NCBI GenBank assembly: GCA_951804945.1 | Contig: OX638157.1 | Coordinates: 22,134,001 to 22,198,000, forward strand | DNA length: 64,000 nt | Direction: 5' to 3' | Source: Podarcis cretensis | Lineage: Eukaryota | In this document: positions 1 to 14,542 of the stretch, one piece after another | Numbering within the stretch: position 1 is the first letter of the stretch | Layout of the letters: each line of letters begins with the position of its first letter | Made by a program: the position numbers and the translations under genes | The notes under the pieces: generated by a model | What the model was told of the DNA's origin: nothing | Seen by the model: only the letters and a program-made list of their open reading frames with translations | Database searches by the model: none

Positions 1-880
1 TAGTGCTTGGTCAGCAAGTGAGACACACTTTTCCAGCTCAGCGTAATGAGTAAAAAGGCTATGACCATCCATATCTCACATTTACAACTTGTGTTTTGCC
101 TCAAAGACTAAATAAAAAAATGAAGTCATATGGACTTTTACAAAGCTGCTATAAAATAGTGGTAAGAGTTTGAACAACAAAGCAGGAGGTCTTGGATTCT
201 ATTTCTCTCTCATGAAGTAGCCTTAGGCAAGCCACCTTCAACACCCCCCCCACCCCACCCCAATTAAGTGCTTTGCAGTGTCCTATCTTAGGGGATACTT
301 TCCACTACTGCAAGAATCCCTCGTATGTTTCAGAAAATTATAGGCTACACTGTAGGTTCCATTCTCAGTTGGCATTGCACATTTAAACCTCACTGCTTGT
401 TTGCATATTACTCTTATTATTAAATTCCCACTATCTACACTTTCTGGAAACAGCTGAAGACATCTTTGTTCCGACAAGCTTTCCTAGCTGGGTGAATAGA
501 TCTCTGACATGTTTTTCTCCATTTATTTCATTTCAATTCATTTGCCATTATTTTCTGAGCTGTTTTTAACTGTGTTGATTATATTGCGTATATTGCATAT
601 ATTACACACAAACACAATGTAATGCAGTCCCATCTGGGGCCAGAATCTGTCCTGCTAATTCCTTGCTATTTCAGGGGAATCAAGACCCGCTGGCCATGTT
701 ACAGAGGTGGAATAGTTGTGAAGAAGAGATTAGGCAACACCTGCCAGTGCTATCCTAGGATTTGAAAGTATTAACCAGCTGCTAATTCCTAAAAGAACTC
801 ATCTGCAATTTTAAAAACTGAGAAGCAAAATGACCTGAGAAAAGGCACAGAAAACAGAGTTGGCTTCTGGCAAGACTTTA

Positions 881-937
881 TGTGTGTCTGTGTGCGTGCA
901 TGTGTGTGCATGTGTGTGTGTGTGTGTGTGTGTGTGT
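881..937. repeat. (TG)n microsatellite, interrupted
   Basis: Direct reading. Confidence 0.95.
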
Positions 938-1164
938 ACGTGCACGCAATTCACTTTTCAGAGTGCTCATCTAGACCAATCAACAAAAGGTTTACTCTGC
1001 TATTTCGGATAAGGATTACTGTAGTTGCAGCTAAGTGTTATTTCTGAACAGAGATTCTGAACTTTAGACATTTCCCCTCTGGCTTGGTAAAATCATATTA
1101 ACAACATTTATTTACTTTCAATTTGTTGGTGAGGCTTGGGTGTTGTTTGTTTGTTTACTATAAT

Positions 1165-1190
1165 GAGAGAGAGAGAGAGAGAGAGAGAGA
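1165..1190. repeat. (GA)n microsatellite
   Basis: Direct reading. Confidence 0.95.
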
Positions 1191-4100
1191 TTTGAATCTT
1201 TTCTTGGCTTTGAAATGGTTTTAAACAGATGTTACTAGAAAACATCAGCATTTGGCAGAATCTCTGATACCAAAGCAGCCCGCGTCAGAAGCAGGCTTAC
1301 TGAAATCTGGGACACGAGTGCTCTGTTTTGCTAGGACTCCAGATCAAGATGTGGGGACACTGAGGAAGTATGAAATCTAGGATTCTCAAAGTGGACTGGC
1401 TTATTTAGGAACAACAAACAATTAATTATTAGAGGAGAGTGCCTGTCTCTCCAGTACTTCTTTCATTGGCAAAAGAGCAGTATTTGTATCACCCACTTTC
1501 TCAATTAGTACAACACACATCACCCAGATGCCTTCCTGCTTATGTTTAGATGTCTAGCTTGAGGCCTCTCCCTTAGTTTCATGGGACTCTGTTGCTTCAC
1601 TTTCCCGTTGTTCCAGTTGGTACCATACATGGATGAAATGAAGCTCAGACAGCCAAGTCATCTTAGTTTCATCTCTTGAATCCCTGCGTGGGCCCAAGAA
1701 TTACATGCAAAATTTTCATCTCCACCTTGGATACCATGCTCAAAGGCTTAGTGATGGCTGCTTAGAATAAAACAGCAAAAGCCACACATCAATCATGATG
1801 TGCCAAAGAAAAAGGCTGCAGAGAAGCACGGTGGCAACATTTGACATTGTGCCTATTCAGCATATCTCTGCACAGCACACACTTTCTACTACCCACCCTC
1901 CAAGCTTCTTTTCCTTTTCCTTGAAAGTGAAACAGATTTCTTGCCCTTTGGGCATTGCTGAAATGGGTGTGAATAAGAATTTTTGAGTAGGGTTCAGTGT
2001 CCTGGATAGCACCATATTCCTATCCCAAGGGGGGAAATTGCCAAAAGCTGTTGCTCCCTCAGTCTGTTTCACTCCACATCCCATCAGCCCCAGCCAGCAT
2101 GACCAATGCAAAGGGATGATGGGAGTTGTGGTGCAACAACATCCGGAAGACCACTGGTTCCCCATCCTTGTTCTATGAATTTCTCACACTCCATTTACTT
2201 CTGTTCCTCATTATTGCCATTAAAGCCCAGCTCCAAAAGTGTTTAAATAAACTGAAAGTATAAAAATGTTTATGAAAAAATAAAATTACACAAATGACAG
2301 TGGAGCAAATCTACTTAATTTGCATAGCATACTGTGGTTTTCCATATCTGATAACACACAAGCCTATATACACTGTGGAAGATATTCTTAAAATGGAGGC
2401 AATGTCCTATTTAGAGGATAAAAAATAAAATGGCACTAAGAAGCAGCTAGACTCGATTACATAAGTTGCTGGATGTTTCTGTCACACACACACACACATG
2501 GTCACAAGCTCCTTCACTTTAGTCACATTATATTTATTCATTTCAACAATTTGTATACCACTTCATCATACTCCTCTCACTCAGTAATATCCAGGAGACC
2601 CAATACAATTCATATATTTATATCACACAATGTTATACAGATAGGCTATTGGAGCCTATTGGAGAGTTGAAGAGGCTGTCCTTTATTAACTGAGGAGCAA
2701 ATATGTGTTTTCAAACCAATGAAGTATAAATCTACTTTCCCCCCTCAGGACATTAGCTCAGAGTTCAGCCTGCTTTGTCTCCTCACCAACAACATTTGAA
2801 CATCTGATATTAACATTTCAATTCATTTGGCAGTCATATTGGCTTTTGTACAACTCATTTGTGAAACTTCTTTATTACAGCAGCTATTGATCACTTGCAA
2901 AATCCCTGCCGATATTGCAATAGCAGCCAGTTGCAATCTGCTCGCTTTGATACTGGCAACTGGATGAAATTGAGCAGAGGAAAATTTAAGCTGAACATCA
3001 GGAAACATTTAGAAACCAAGGTCTATTAGCCACTTCAATAATTTCCCAAGGGAGCCCCAGAAGATTCAATGAAGTAATTTAAAACTAGAATGCACAGAGA
3101 AGGAGGGAGGGAAACCAACACAACACAAATCCTGCACTGAGAGAAGAAGAGTTTGTACATGCTCAGTTTATATAAAAAATGTAAAGCAGTTTCTGAAGGT
3201 CTCTTTGAGCTTCTGGCTTAACTTGATATACACAGACGGCATGCAGGTGTTAAAAACTGTTCTTGAAAGAGTCTCTCACCCCCAATCAAGCTTCTTCCAC
3301 TATAGCTCCTTACAAGACTTTTGTTAAATTCAGTATTTCCTAAGAAGCGAGTCTTGCTAATTTCAGCAGAACTTGGTTCCAAGTGCCTGCACTAAAGGGC
3401 TTCACCAGGGGGCCACTTTGCCCACAAAAACATGGACAATGCCAAGTTGGCTGCACCAATGCAACGTACACCCACTTCTGCATTGTCTCATTGCTAAAAG
3501 CTGGTCTACTGGCACATTGGCACAGAACCAGAAACCACCACCATATTCAAATTTGATCCACAGCAGATCTACAAAACTGTAATACAGGAGCATTGGCAGT
3601 GGGGAAATGGACAGAGATGGCTAAGAGGATACTGGATAACATTGCTTTCTTATGGACCATCCCAACCCACTCTATGGACAATGGGGAGAAGCAATATCAG
3701 CACAATCCTAAACGCTGACTATACACAGGTAAGCAGTTAGGTTGGAGCATGAAACTGAGAGGCACAACAGAACAGCCCTGCAACTGAATCAGTAGAAGTT
3801 CCTAACATACAACAGGTTTTACTGCCACTTTTAGCAGGGTATCAGTCACTTTTAAAAGGAAAACAAAGGAATCAACTGTGAAGAGCATAAGAAGAGCACT
3901 GATGGAGACTAATGACCCATCTAGCTGGGTATGCTGATTCCTACAGTGACCCACCAGATGCCTATGGGAAGTCGAGAGGCAGGGTTTGAAGGCAACATCC
4001 TTTCCCATGGTTTCTTCCATCAGCTGGTGTTCAAAGGAAGTATGCTACATATGAAGGGTCAATATAGCCATCCTAGGTAAGGGTAGATTATTTATTTAGG

Positions 4101-5253
4101 AATTACTGAGGATTTCCCCCTCCTCCTCTTCTTCATTGTTTTATGCATATCTCATTACAGCCTCAGAAATTATCTGTCTACAGGAAAATATAGACTCCAG
4201 AGCCATGATTTAAAAACTAAAAGGGCACCACCCACCAGGAAATTCACCCCATAAATCCCACTGGAATGAATGGGAGCTACACTCTGCAACTTTTACAAAA
4301 CTGCTTCATTTCAACAGGGTTTCTGCAGAAGAACTATCTGCTGAACTGTGCTCTCTGAAAGGCATGCAGTGGACAAAGCAAATGCATTTCCATTCAGATA
4401 CACAACCAAAAGAAGAAGACAATTAAGATAGAAAGATCAAGGCACAAATCGTTTCATGCAAATTAATGACTGGGTGGGAAAGTTTTCTCTGCCTAGGGCA
4501 AAATCGGGTTCTTTAACCAAGCACAATTCATTAATTCCCTTGGCAACGTTTTGTTGTGATTGTTTCTTCCTTTTCCCTCATTTGTTATTTCTTTTAACAT
4601 TTTTCTCTTTTTTTGTTATTAAATGTCTTCTTTCATGACAATCATCATTTTCCTTTTTCCATGGAAACAAATCACCAAAGCTGCAACCCAAATGCCTCCT
4701 CCCTCTCCTCCTTTTAAGCTAGACTGTGCATGGTTTTGTGGGCTCAGGCAGCCAGCCACCTCTGGGTCACTCCATCAGCACAGACCTCTTCTTCTGCCCA
4801 CAGAATGGGTGGATGAGTGGAAGGCCACTCTCTCAAGCTGGCCCCAGCCTGATCTGCCTCCCACCCACCACCACCTGCCTGCCCCCCCCCCGCCCTTTCT
4901 GGTGCTGCTGCCTCTTTGAGCTACCAAGCTGGGATGCACTCATGGCTCCATACATCTTCAGTGACAGCAGCTGTTTGGATTGATGTTTAAGTGTGTGTGC
5001 TGGCCTGCTGGATTTGGGGAATGGCATTACTATGCACAGGTTCAGTTGTGAATGGAAAACTTGCTGGGGCAAGGACCAACCTTTGCAGCTTCTGTTTACT
5101 TTGTAAAACATTGTGTGCATTGATGACTTGATGAAAATAATATCATTTGCTTAGTGGACATCCTTATTTGGCAGATACAGGTGACCTTTGTCCACATAAA
5201 CCATCAAGAAGATGTTTACTTATACATATATACACGCAGCCACATGCACTCAA

Positions 5254-5254
<1 letters not shown>

Positions 5255-5286
<32 letters not shown>
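5255..5286. repeat. (CA)n microsatellite
   Basis: Direct reading. Confidence 0.95.
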
Positions 5287-5287
<1 letters not shown>

Positions 5288-5451
5288 AATCATTTGGTTC
5301 TCAAAAGTCATGCAGAACACCTTGTTGCCCAGCAAGATGAACACAATTTTCACCACAACGAACAATGACCCCACCATCATGTATTTCAGTTTACCAGGTG
5401 TTCAATAATCCCTTCCGCACCATTTCTGCAGTCCCAGTAAAAGAGCGCATA

Positions 5452-5810
5452 GGTAAAGGCAAAGGGACCCCTGACCATTAGGTCCAGTCACGGACGACTC
5501 TGGGGTTGCAGTGCTCATCTTATTTTATTGGCCGAGGGAGCCGGCATACAGCTTCCAGGTCATGTGGCCAGCATGACTAAGCCGCTTCTGGAGAACCAGA
5601 GCAGCACACGGAAACACCGTTTACCTTCCTGCTGGAGTGGTACCTATTTATCTACAGTACTTGCACTTTAATGTGCTTTCGAACTGCTAGGTTGGCAGGA
5701 GCAGGGACCAAGCAACGGGAGCTCACCCCGTCGTGGGGATTTGAACCGCCAACCTTCTGATCGGCAAGTCCTAGGCTCTGTGGTTTAACCCACAGCGCCG
5801 CCCGAGTCCC
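5452..5810 (-). mobile_element. Sauria/Squam1-type SINE, full length
   Basis: (ACCTTT)n tail and GGGAC.. tRNA-like head on the minus strand. TSD aaaagagc(g/a)catag on both sides. Confidence 0.92.
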
Positions 5811-6479
5811 ACAAAAGAGCACATAGAAAAGTTTTAATATTCCACTCTACATGGATGGTGGGTTGTGATCGGCACACTAGGTTACAGATGGTGCAGGCCA
5901 GAGGAAGTGAGGACATGTGATAGTACAGGAAGCAGTGGAGAGGGAAGATATCAAAGTTGCAGAGGAATGCATTTCAAGTCACAACACTGCCCTCCTTCAT
6001 GGACAAGTTTTTTGTTTTACATTCTTAAGTGAATCTTTGGATGAAAACTTTTAGTATAGCTGTACCTGTTTTGTACAAACAGATGCTCTATTTATATTGC
6101 ATTTCTGTATTTTATTGTCTTGTAACTTGCTCTGGAGCTCATTTGGGGTTTGTGAAGTGATATCTAAATTTAATTAACTAAAATAACTAAGGAGCACCTT
6201 TGAAGAAACTGGTTATGTTGCCCCATAGAAGAGCAGTTCTGTGACTTGGCATAGGGCCCTAATGAAACAATTCCTGTGCACTTTCCTACCTAGAGAGCAA
6301 ATGTCTTTCTGTCCCACTCAAGGCTAGACTAACATAAAGAATAGAAATATACAATGGACTGAACTACCCCTATTCCAATACAACAGGGATCAGAATCCTT
6401 TTTAATGTCCTTTGTGTTATGTACAATAAATGTTTTATGATCACATTGCATCAGAATTCCTGTTACTTTGCCACTGTTA

Positions 6480-6767
<288 letters not shown>

Positions 6768-7409
6768 CTACTGGTAACCAATTTGGTTTTCATAAACTTT
6801 CTGTATTTATTAGACTGTTAGGCAATAAGACTGTTTCCTCTTGTAGTCAGTAGGCTTCTGGAGCACTTATGTGTACTTTGTAATCCCTAGCAATTTAACT
6901 TTAGTTTAAAATCCTAACTAAATCCCTTAAGAATAATATTTTGTTACTTATACCCCTCCCACTTGACTGGGTTGCCCCAGCCACTCTGGCTGGCTGCTCT
7001 CATCCCACCCTGCTCTCACCCTGAAAAGACAACGATGGCTAGCTCATGCATCTTAGCAAAGGATCAGCTAAGACAGAAGGTGCATCCTTTGCGAAGGTTC
7101 AAAACCTTAATCAAAAACTACTCAAGTTCAAGATAGGTAACTTTGGCTACTATGGACTTTCTTCTTTCCCCTGGCAATGCTTGGCTCTACCAAAGATTAT
7201 TTCTGCAACCACACAAAATGCAACCAAGGTGGTAAGTCACAGACCCTACAGGACGTAAGGCAACGCTAGCAAAACATTAGTAAGTGCAAACACATCGCTC
7301 TTGAGAAGACTTGTAAACTATATAAACAATTATAGACCTGCAAGGGGAAGAGAAAACTGATGGGAGGCATGAGAGCTAATAAGGGCTATCATGCTGGGCT
7401 GGAGCCCCT

Positions 7410-7632
7410 GGATGGAAATAACAGGGAAACAGATTTTGCTTTAATACTAGGAGAAGCTCCCTAAGCAGTAAGGTCTACTGTCTTAGGAGGTGGTGGGTGG
7501 TGCACCCTCTCTGAATGTATTTACATAGAGGCTGGATGGACAACCATCTCTCAGGAATGCTGTGTTTGCATCCTGCACTGTAGATCCTACACTGAGCAGA
7601 CCTGGGCCCTACCAATGCTATAATTCTATGAG
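7410..7632 (+). mobile_element. Old CR1 LINE 3' fragment
   Basis: Degenerate similarity to the CR1 3' end at 20195-20432, ending in attctatg. Confidence 0.55.
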
Positions 7633-8689
7633 AATGACAATTCGGATGTTCTGGGCACTGACTCCAACATTAAAGATGTTCTCCCATCAAGGGCTTAGTG
7701 CAAAGCCTCCCATTGTCACACAGCAGTGATAGGCTTTGCAGAACTCATGTGATACTGCTGCTTTCACTTTCTTGCTCCCAGCGGAAAAGCAAGAGAGGTG
7801 ATGCTCTCAGTTTCAAGGATCAAGATGTAGCATTATCCCAGCTTAACCCCCTTTCCCAAGCAGCTAAATTGGAGTGGCATTAGAGGCTGCCTGCCTTGCC
7901 AGCTGCAGGGTAATTATACTCATCCAAGCTGCCGCTGCTGTGGTTGGGTCAGATTAAAGAAAAGTGAATGAAAAGCTCTGGGGAGGATTCAGAACTAGTC
8001 TATCTACAATACGTATAGGCCAGCCTCACCAAGTGGAGTGCATCCCTAAATATATATTTGTAATTTCCAGAGCTATGTGGCAACAGCACTTGAAGTTTCT
8101 GCATCTTAAAGAACCATTTCAGGTGGCACTTTCCCTCATCCCATATGGGTGTAAAGAATGCAAGGAGGGAGCCAGAAACTCCTTGAAATTGTTGGCTCCT
8201 GTTTATTGAGCATTTGTGCTGATTTGTTTGTACTGAGCTTATGCAGAGGTGCATCATCTTTACTGTACATAATTTAGTGTGCCTGCCTTTTTGGGATTTC
8301 TAGCTCGCTGCACTCAATGCCCTCTCTGACTTACAGAGGAATATTACCTCCAGTACATCCTTCTCTGTCCTTTCTATAACCATATCCTACTGGTTCTTTC
8401 TATGCCACCAGGTTTCTGTTTTGCTCGCTGTATCTGTAACTGCTATGCCCTCAAAGACCAAGCACTCCACTTCACCCATCTTGGCTCGGAGGCTTCCAGC
8501 ATTACTGTAGAAAAACCTGTACGCAGTCTCACTCTTTACTTGTGTTTCGACATGTAGCCTTTGAGCCTCTCTGAATTGCTATCTTGCTCCCCACACTCAC
8601 AATGCCTAGTTCTACGCAATCCAAATTTTCATCCATTTTAAGCTCCTGTCAGCTTTCCTGCCCACAATCAGTTTCAAAGCTGCTCTGCC

Positions 8690-8900
8690 ATCTTACTTTT
8701 ATTTTAAGTGCCAAAAGGTCTGGTTCATCCCTGTTCAAGTGAAGCCAACCCCTTTCTGCATAGGTCTAGCTTGCCCTAAAATATTTCCCCAGCGTCAAAC
8801 AAATCTAAACCCCTCCTCCGAACACAATCATCTCACCATGCTATGGATCAGACCATGACACCAAACTGCCTCCTTGGTGAGCAGTGGAACAGGAAAGGAA
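8690..8900 (-). mobile_element. Degenerate CR1-type LINE ORF1 (esterase-domain) fragment
   Basis: Minus strand ..cggaggaggggtttagatttgtt..tggggaaat..cttcacttgaacagggat..cttttggcacttaaaata gives REEGFRFV..WG..LHLN..LLALKI-like remnants with frameshifts. Confidence 0.55.
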
Positions 8901-9478
8901 GGCAGACCACCTGACTTAACAGGACAGAAGTGAGTTTTTACTTCTCCTCCATCAAGCTGAGAAGGAGGTGGCTGAGCTGCCCGCATTCGGACTTGCTTCA
9001 GAATTCAGCACTGGTTGTCCCCCCCCCCCAACAATCACTGACCAAGAATCACCAGGCAGCAACATGCTGCAGAAACAGTTAATATTTTTGTTTAGTGCTG
9101 CCTGTGTCAGCATCACTGCTGATGTTCTCAGCATAGCTATGGGAATAAGGTTCTTAATTAAACACCCTCTGCGGTGCCAGCAGAGGGGAACACACCACAA
9201 TTATTGGCACACACCGCATGTAGTGTTGTTTTCTCCTTTCACTTCCTAACATTATAACAAGACAACCTGACTTCCAGTTAAGCTTATGCTACACACAAGT
9301 TCAATTCTTTTCCTACATACATGTATGTACACATACATGGTCCAATGCAGATACACGGCCTGACCTGACGACTCAAGTACGAACAACCATGCTGAATATT
9401 AAATTCTACGAATGACTACGCATAAAGCAGCATGATTCTACATGAGGCACATAGAGGCCCCATCCACACTGAGACTCG

Positions 9479-9790
9479 GGCCTCATCTGCACTCTACATT
9501 TAAAGCAGCATTGTATCAGCTGTGGCTTCCCACAAAGAATCCTGTGAACTGCAGTTTGTTATGCGTGCTGAGAGTTGTTAGGAGCCCTCACAGAGCTACG
9601 ATTCCCCAAGTTCTAGGTGAAGAGGGACTTGACAGTTAAATTACTCTGGGAATTGGAGCTCTGGGATACGAACAGGGTCTCCACAACTGTCAGCAACCTT
9701 AACAATCTACAGTTCCCAGGATTCTTCGGCGGGGGCATGACTGTTTAAAGAGGTATGCTGCTGCTTTAAATGTATAGTGCAGATGAGGCC
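9479..9790. mobile_element. Non-autonomous foldback DNA transposon (PIF/Harbinger-like MITE)
   Basis: About 32-bp TIRs ggcctcatctgcact(c)tacatttaaagcagca / tgctgctttaaatgtatagtgcagatgaggcc, plus internal inverted segments. Confidence 0.75.
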
Positions 9791-10559
9791 TGATTCTCAG
9801 CTCCTTTCTACCTTTTCCAGTCATCACTGGTCTTTCCTCCTCCTTCTTCACTGTTGTTTATAATGGCTGGTTCTGCCTTAGTCTTGGCTATCACTCTGTT
9901 TAGTGATAATCACAGGATATTGGACCTGGGATGGGAATCAGCATGTACAGGAGGAGTGCTGGACCACACACGCTACAACATAACACAACAACAAAACGGG
10001 GGAGAAAGGGTGGGCTCACCCCACTGTTTAGCTAATGCCATCCTCAAGGATTGGAGGGATAAGACTGAGCTGGCTGGCATATTTGATTGATGCTTCTAGT
10101 GAGATTAAATGCAAAGAAGGAATCATTTTAGCAGGGATGGACATCTGACATCTGTTCAAAGCTTTCTGCAACTGTCGACCAATTTACAATATGCAGGGAA
10201 ACTACAAGTAAAGGAACTAAAACTTCTGCAAGGTACCCTATCAACTCCAACTCCAACAGCTACTTCTATTTATATTTTTATTTGTAAGCTGCCTTGGCAT
10301 TGATTTATAAAACAGGAAGACTACAACCTCTCATCCCACTATTTCAGTCAGAATTGTTGTTTTGTTTTCGGAAGTCGAAGGTTATTTATAGTTGTCACCA
10401 TTTTAAAATTTTTTTTTAGAGCAGACCAGTAATTATGCTTCATTATCATTTAATCATATGTCTGGAGAGGAAAAACCGCAGGCTTCAAATGGAATAACCA
10501 CAATATTATTTTGTTTGTGACATTATGCCATATACATTTTAACATGTTTATTATAATAA

Positions 10560-11095
10560 TTGTTACTATTGTGCAAATTTATAGGCCGCTTCCTGGCATA
10601 AAGCCGTCAAAGTGATGAAAACAGAAAAAAATGGAATAAAACATGAAACACGGGCTCTAAAAAGAATAAAACCATCCATACAAATTCTGAAAAACAGTGA
10701 AACAATTTCACCCGATATAAAATTGATCTTCCGCAGTTGATAGGGTTAAAGCTTCCTAAACAAAAATGTAAACATCATCATGTTAGGTGCCTGTCTGATT
10801 TTGGCAGCTCATTTATTCCAGAAGGCTGGAGTTGCAATTCTAAAAGCTTGGTTTCTAGTACAGGCTAAGCACACCTATTGTACTCTCAGCACAGCCCCAT
10901 CTGAGGAGTGCAGCTGTCAGGCAGGATCCAGTGGGAAAGGCAGCACCTGAGATATTCTGGTCCCAAGTTGTTTCTTCAGGGCTTTAATTGCTAGAAGCAG
11001 GGCACTGAAATGTGCCCAGTAACATACTGGCAACCAGTGCAGCTCCTTCTACACAGGTGTTATATGGTGTCAATGGGGGTACCCAGACAACATTG
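10560..11095 (-). mobile_element. L2-type LINE 3' fragment (old)
   Basis: tttataggccgcttc..aaagccgtcaaagtg 3' stem, and ctggtcccaagttg..gggctttaa..ggcaaccagtgcagctc motifs typical of reversed L2 3' ends. Confidence 0.6.
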
Positions 11096-11097
11096 TA

Positions 11098-11223
11098 CAG
11101 TGGTACCTCGGGTTAAGAACTTAATTCGTTCTGGAGGTCCGTTCTTAACCTGAAACTGTTCTTAACCTGAAGCACTTTAGCTAATGGGGCCTCCCACTGC
11201 CGCCGCACCGCTGCTGCACGATT
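11098..11223. mobile_element. Tc1/mariner (Tigger-like) MITE, left half only
   Basis: TA|CAGTGGTACCTCGGGTTAAG terminus, nearly identical to the left part of 17371-17596. The right TIR is missing. Confidence 0.85.
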
Positions 11224-12318
11224 GTTGTTGGTTTTTTAAAAAAGAAAACTGAGTTTGAAAACATAGTACAGTAGTGTTGCTCCAAAACAGAAAGCACTAA
11301 ACAAACTGCTAACATATGAGGCTAGCCAATTAAAAATATTTTCCAGATGCAAATGATTAACAAATTTATTACCACAAAGGTGGTGGTTGTTGTTTTAAAA
11401 GGCAAAGCCATGAGTGGCTGAACACTTGCTTCCTATTAACCTGGTTGCTAATAGAATAAGTACATATGCATGACGCACCACACATTGCATTAGCAAAAAA
11501 GCTCATTAAAATAATAAAACCAAATGGCATTAAAATGCAATTCATGCCAGTACCAAGAGAGGGCAGTATTAATTCCTTCACTATGCAGAGTTTAGTCACC
11601 TGGAATAACTATTCTTCCAGGTGGAAATTCTCAAAACGGGAAAAATATGGAGAACACAACTTCCTGCAGAGCAAGCCTGCTAGCTTGCTTCAGAAAACAC
11701 AACAAAGAATCCCGGGACACTTTGAAGACTAACAATGTATTGCAGCATAAGCTTTCATTTTATCAGAAGAACGAGATGTTATCCTTAGCTAGAAGGCATG
11801 TGGGTATAAAGCAAAAAAGAAAAAGAAGAAAAGGGGGGTCCAAATGGCAATGAAATAATAAAAAAAAACACTATCTGATAATCCTTGGCAAATATTAAAA
11901 TAAAGAGATCACTCATGACAGCTGTAACTGATAACAGAGCCATCAAGGTTTTGCTACGCTGATTATTTTAGAGAACTTGCAAACACGAATTTTAAAAAAT
12001 GCTTAATGAGTAAAGCTACTGTAAAATGGCCATTTATCAGAACACTGAATGGAGGAGCAGGAAAATGAACCAAGCTGACATGTGAAGTGGTTCTTAGCAG
12101 TGTTTGACTTATGGGTAAATGCATACCCCTCAGTGGCAGAACAACTGCTTTGCTTGCAGAAGGTCCCAGATTCAACCTCTGGCATCTCCTTGTGGGGTTG
12201 GGAGAGAATTCTGTCTGAAATCCTAGAGAACCACTGACAGATAATGCGGGCAGTACTAATCTATCTGGGTGAAGGTCTGACTCAGCATCAGATGGCTTCC
12301 TATGTTCCTAACTTTTAT

Positions 12319-12568
12319 AAGAAGAAGAAGAGTTTGGATTTGATATCCCGCTTTATCACTACCAGAAGGAGTCTCAAAGCAGCTAACAATCTCCTTTCCC
12401 TTCCTCCCCCACAACGAACACTCTGTGAGGTGAGTGGGGCTGAGAGACTTCAAAGAAGTGTGACTAGCCCATGGTCACCCAGCAGCTGCATGTGGAGGAG
12501 CGGAGACGTGAACCTGGTTCCCCAGATTATGAGACTACTGCTCTTAACCAGTACACCACACTGGCTCT
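12319..12568 (-). mobile_element. tRNA-derived CORE-SINE with (TTC)n tail (Squam3-like)
   Basis: Reverse complement of the copies at 38645 and 45132: tRNA-like head, cctcacagagtgtttgttgtg core and microsatellite tail. Confidence 0.88.
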
Positions 12569-13464
12569 CGTGTGGAACAGCAAACCACCTTCTGAAAGCC
12601 TCTGCAGTGAAGAAAATCCCAGTTAGGGGAAGTTTTAGTATTCCATATTACAAAAATTACTTTTGACTTCTTTTTGTAAATATGCAGCAGCCCTAGGGTA
12701 AAAAAAGAAAAACAGCTCATTGGGCTGTTTAAATATTATTTCACTATTGCACAGCACCTGAACTAGAGAAAAGGTCTAATCATTTCTACTCAACCTGCAT
12801 GTGGCACCCCCCTTAGGGATCAGAACAAAGAGGAACTCCTGGGGATTGCCTTTTAACTCTGTAGATTCTGCCCCTTGGGCTTCTGGTTCCCCAGTTAATA
12901 TTGCAACAAGTTGAAAACAGAGACATTTTTTCACCTCATCCTTCTTGTAAGAAACACAACCAAGTGCCACCATGTGCTCCTCACTTGAATTTCCCAGTAG
13001 CTAGCCAAAGACAACAAACAGAATTTGCAATAACAGCTGAGATTAGTTGGATGTCCAGAAGAGAGTGAAAGGCAAGTGTCATTTTTTTCTTCTTCAGATT
13101 GTTTAAGCTTAATTAAGTTTGTTCATGCCAAAGAAGCCAGCCTCCCATGAGCAGGTTGTACAGATTCAACAAAGCATATTAGTATTTGTGACTCGGGGTG
13201 CCTGTCCATACGTCATCTCTTGAGCCATGAGTGCCCCAACAGCAGTTTAATAAAGTCAGCAGAAATGAAGCTGAACAAATACTTCCTTCTGTGCATGTTT
13301 GCTAAAAGAGAAACACAGCAAGTCTTTCAAGCAAAGTGAGCAACACAACAAACATTTTTTACTGGCCTGTTGGCCATTTGTAACCTAAAAAGAACTAGCC
13401 AATCAAGCTTTGCAATGCTTGCTCACTTTTTCCTGAAAGCAGCAAATACGTACCGTGGCTATTA

Positions 13465-13816
13465 AAAAGGTAAAGGGACCCCTGACCATTAGGTCCAGTC
13501 GTGACCGACTCTGGGGTTGTGGCGCTCACCTCACTTTATTGGCCAAGGGAGCCGCTGTACAGCTTCCGGGTCATGTGGCCAGCATGACTAAGCCGCTTCT
13601 GGCGAACCAGAGCAGCGCACGGAAACACCATTTACCTTCCTGCCAGAGCGGTACCTATTTAACTACTTGCACTTTGACGTGCTTTCGAACTGCTAGGTTG
13701 GCAGGAGAAGGGACCGAGCAACGGGAGCTCACCCCGTCGTGTGGTTTCGAACCGCCGACCTTCTGATCGGCAAGTCTTAGGCTCTGTGGTTTAACCCACA
13801 GTGCCACTCGCGTCCC
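13465..13816 (-). mobile_element. Sauria/Squam1-type SINE, full length
   Basis: Consensus-like body. Perfect 14-bp TSD taccgtggctatta at 13451-13464 and 13818-13831. Confidence 0.95.
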
Positions 13817-14542
13817 TTACCGTGGCTATTAGGTAGTGGCTATTTTCAAAAGGACAATGGTTGTTCTGCTTCCCCCAGACATAATAAGCTTAGGTAGAAG
13901 CAGAATGCTTCTGCTTCCTTAATCAGGGCTTGCTACTAACCAGGATTTGAACCTGGGTTGGGACCCCTTGTTAGCATTAACCTTGAGTCCTTTTCAAGAG
14001 TCCCAGCTTCTCCATCACATAAACTGGTGTTCCCAGGATGTGTGAAGGCACCAGACTCTACTCCACCATTTGCATGCCTTCAACGGAGAAGTGCATGCAC
14101 ATGTGCATGCTGTAGATGTGCAAACAAACACATGTGCAGTAGGAGCATCCCACTCCCTGCCTCAAGTCAGAAGACTTGAAAAAGGCTTTGGTTTGGTTAA
14201 GAACTTTTTGTAGGAGGACAGAGAATCACATGCTACAGTGGTCTGCACCAGCTCAATGACTCAAGCTGAACAGGACAGGACTACCAGAGGAACGCATAAT
14301 TTTGTTTTGTTTTTTTCCTGCCCCACAGGACCCCTGGAGCACCTGAGAAGATTTAAAGAGCTATTCTAGTTACATCTTGGTTCATCTCCAGCAGACAATG
14401 CAGGCAAATGTTTAAAGATGTTTATATTTCTCAGTGTTAATGCAGCCAAGAGCTTGGCAATTCTGATTATGTCTACTCATGTCCTACTGAATCCAATGGG
14501 GCTTATTCCTAGGTAACCAGGATTAGGATTACAGCTTTATTC

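Noticed and set aside
2015-2170. Pre-miRNA-like hairpins (also near 15970, 39750, 42877, 44920, 47067, 57900 and 63660)
   Set aside because: These are degenerate copies of the abundant palindromic ctacaactcccatc MITE; nothing singles out a miRNA.
13455-13766. Recurrent ORF family (..QLPGHVASMTKPLLANQSS..) at 13455, 30792, 42012, 44397, 51375 and 61128
   Set aside because: Antisense translations of Sauria SINE copies, not a gene family.
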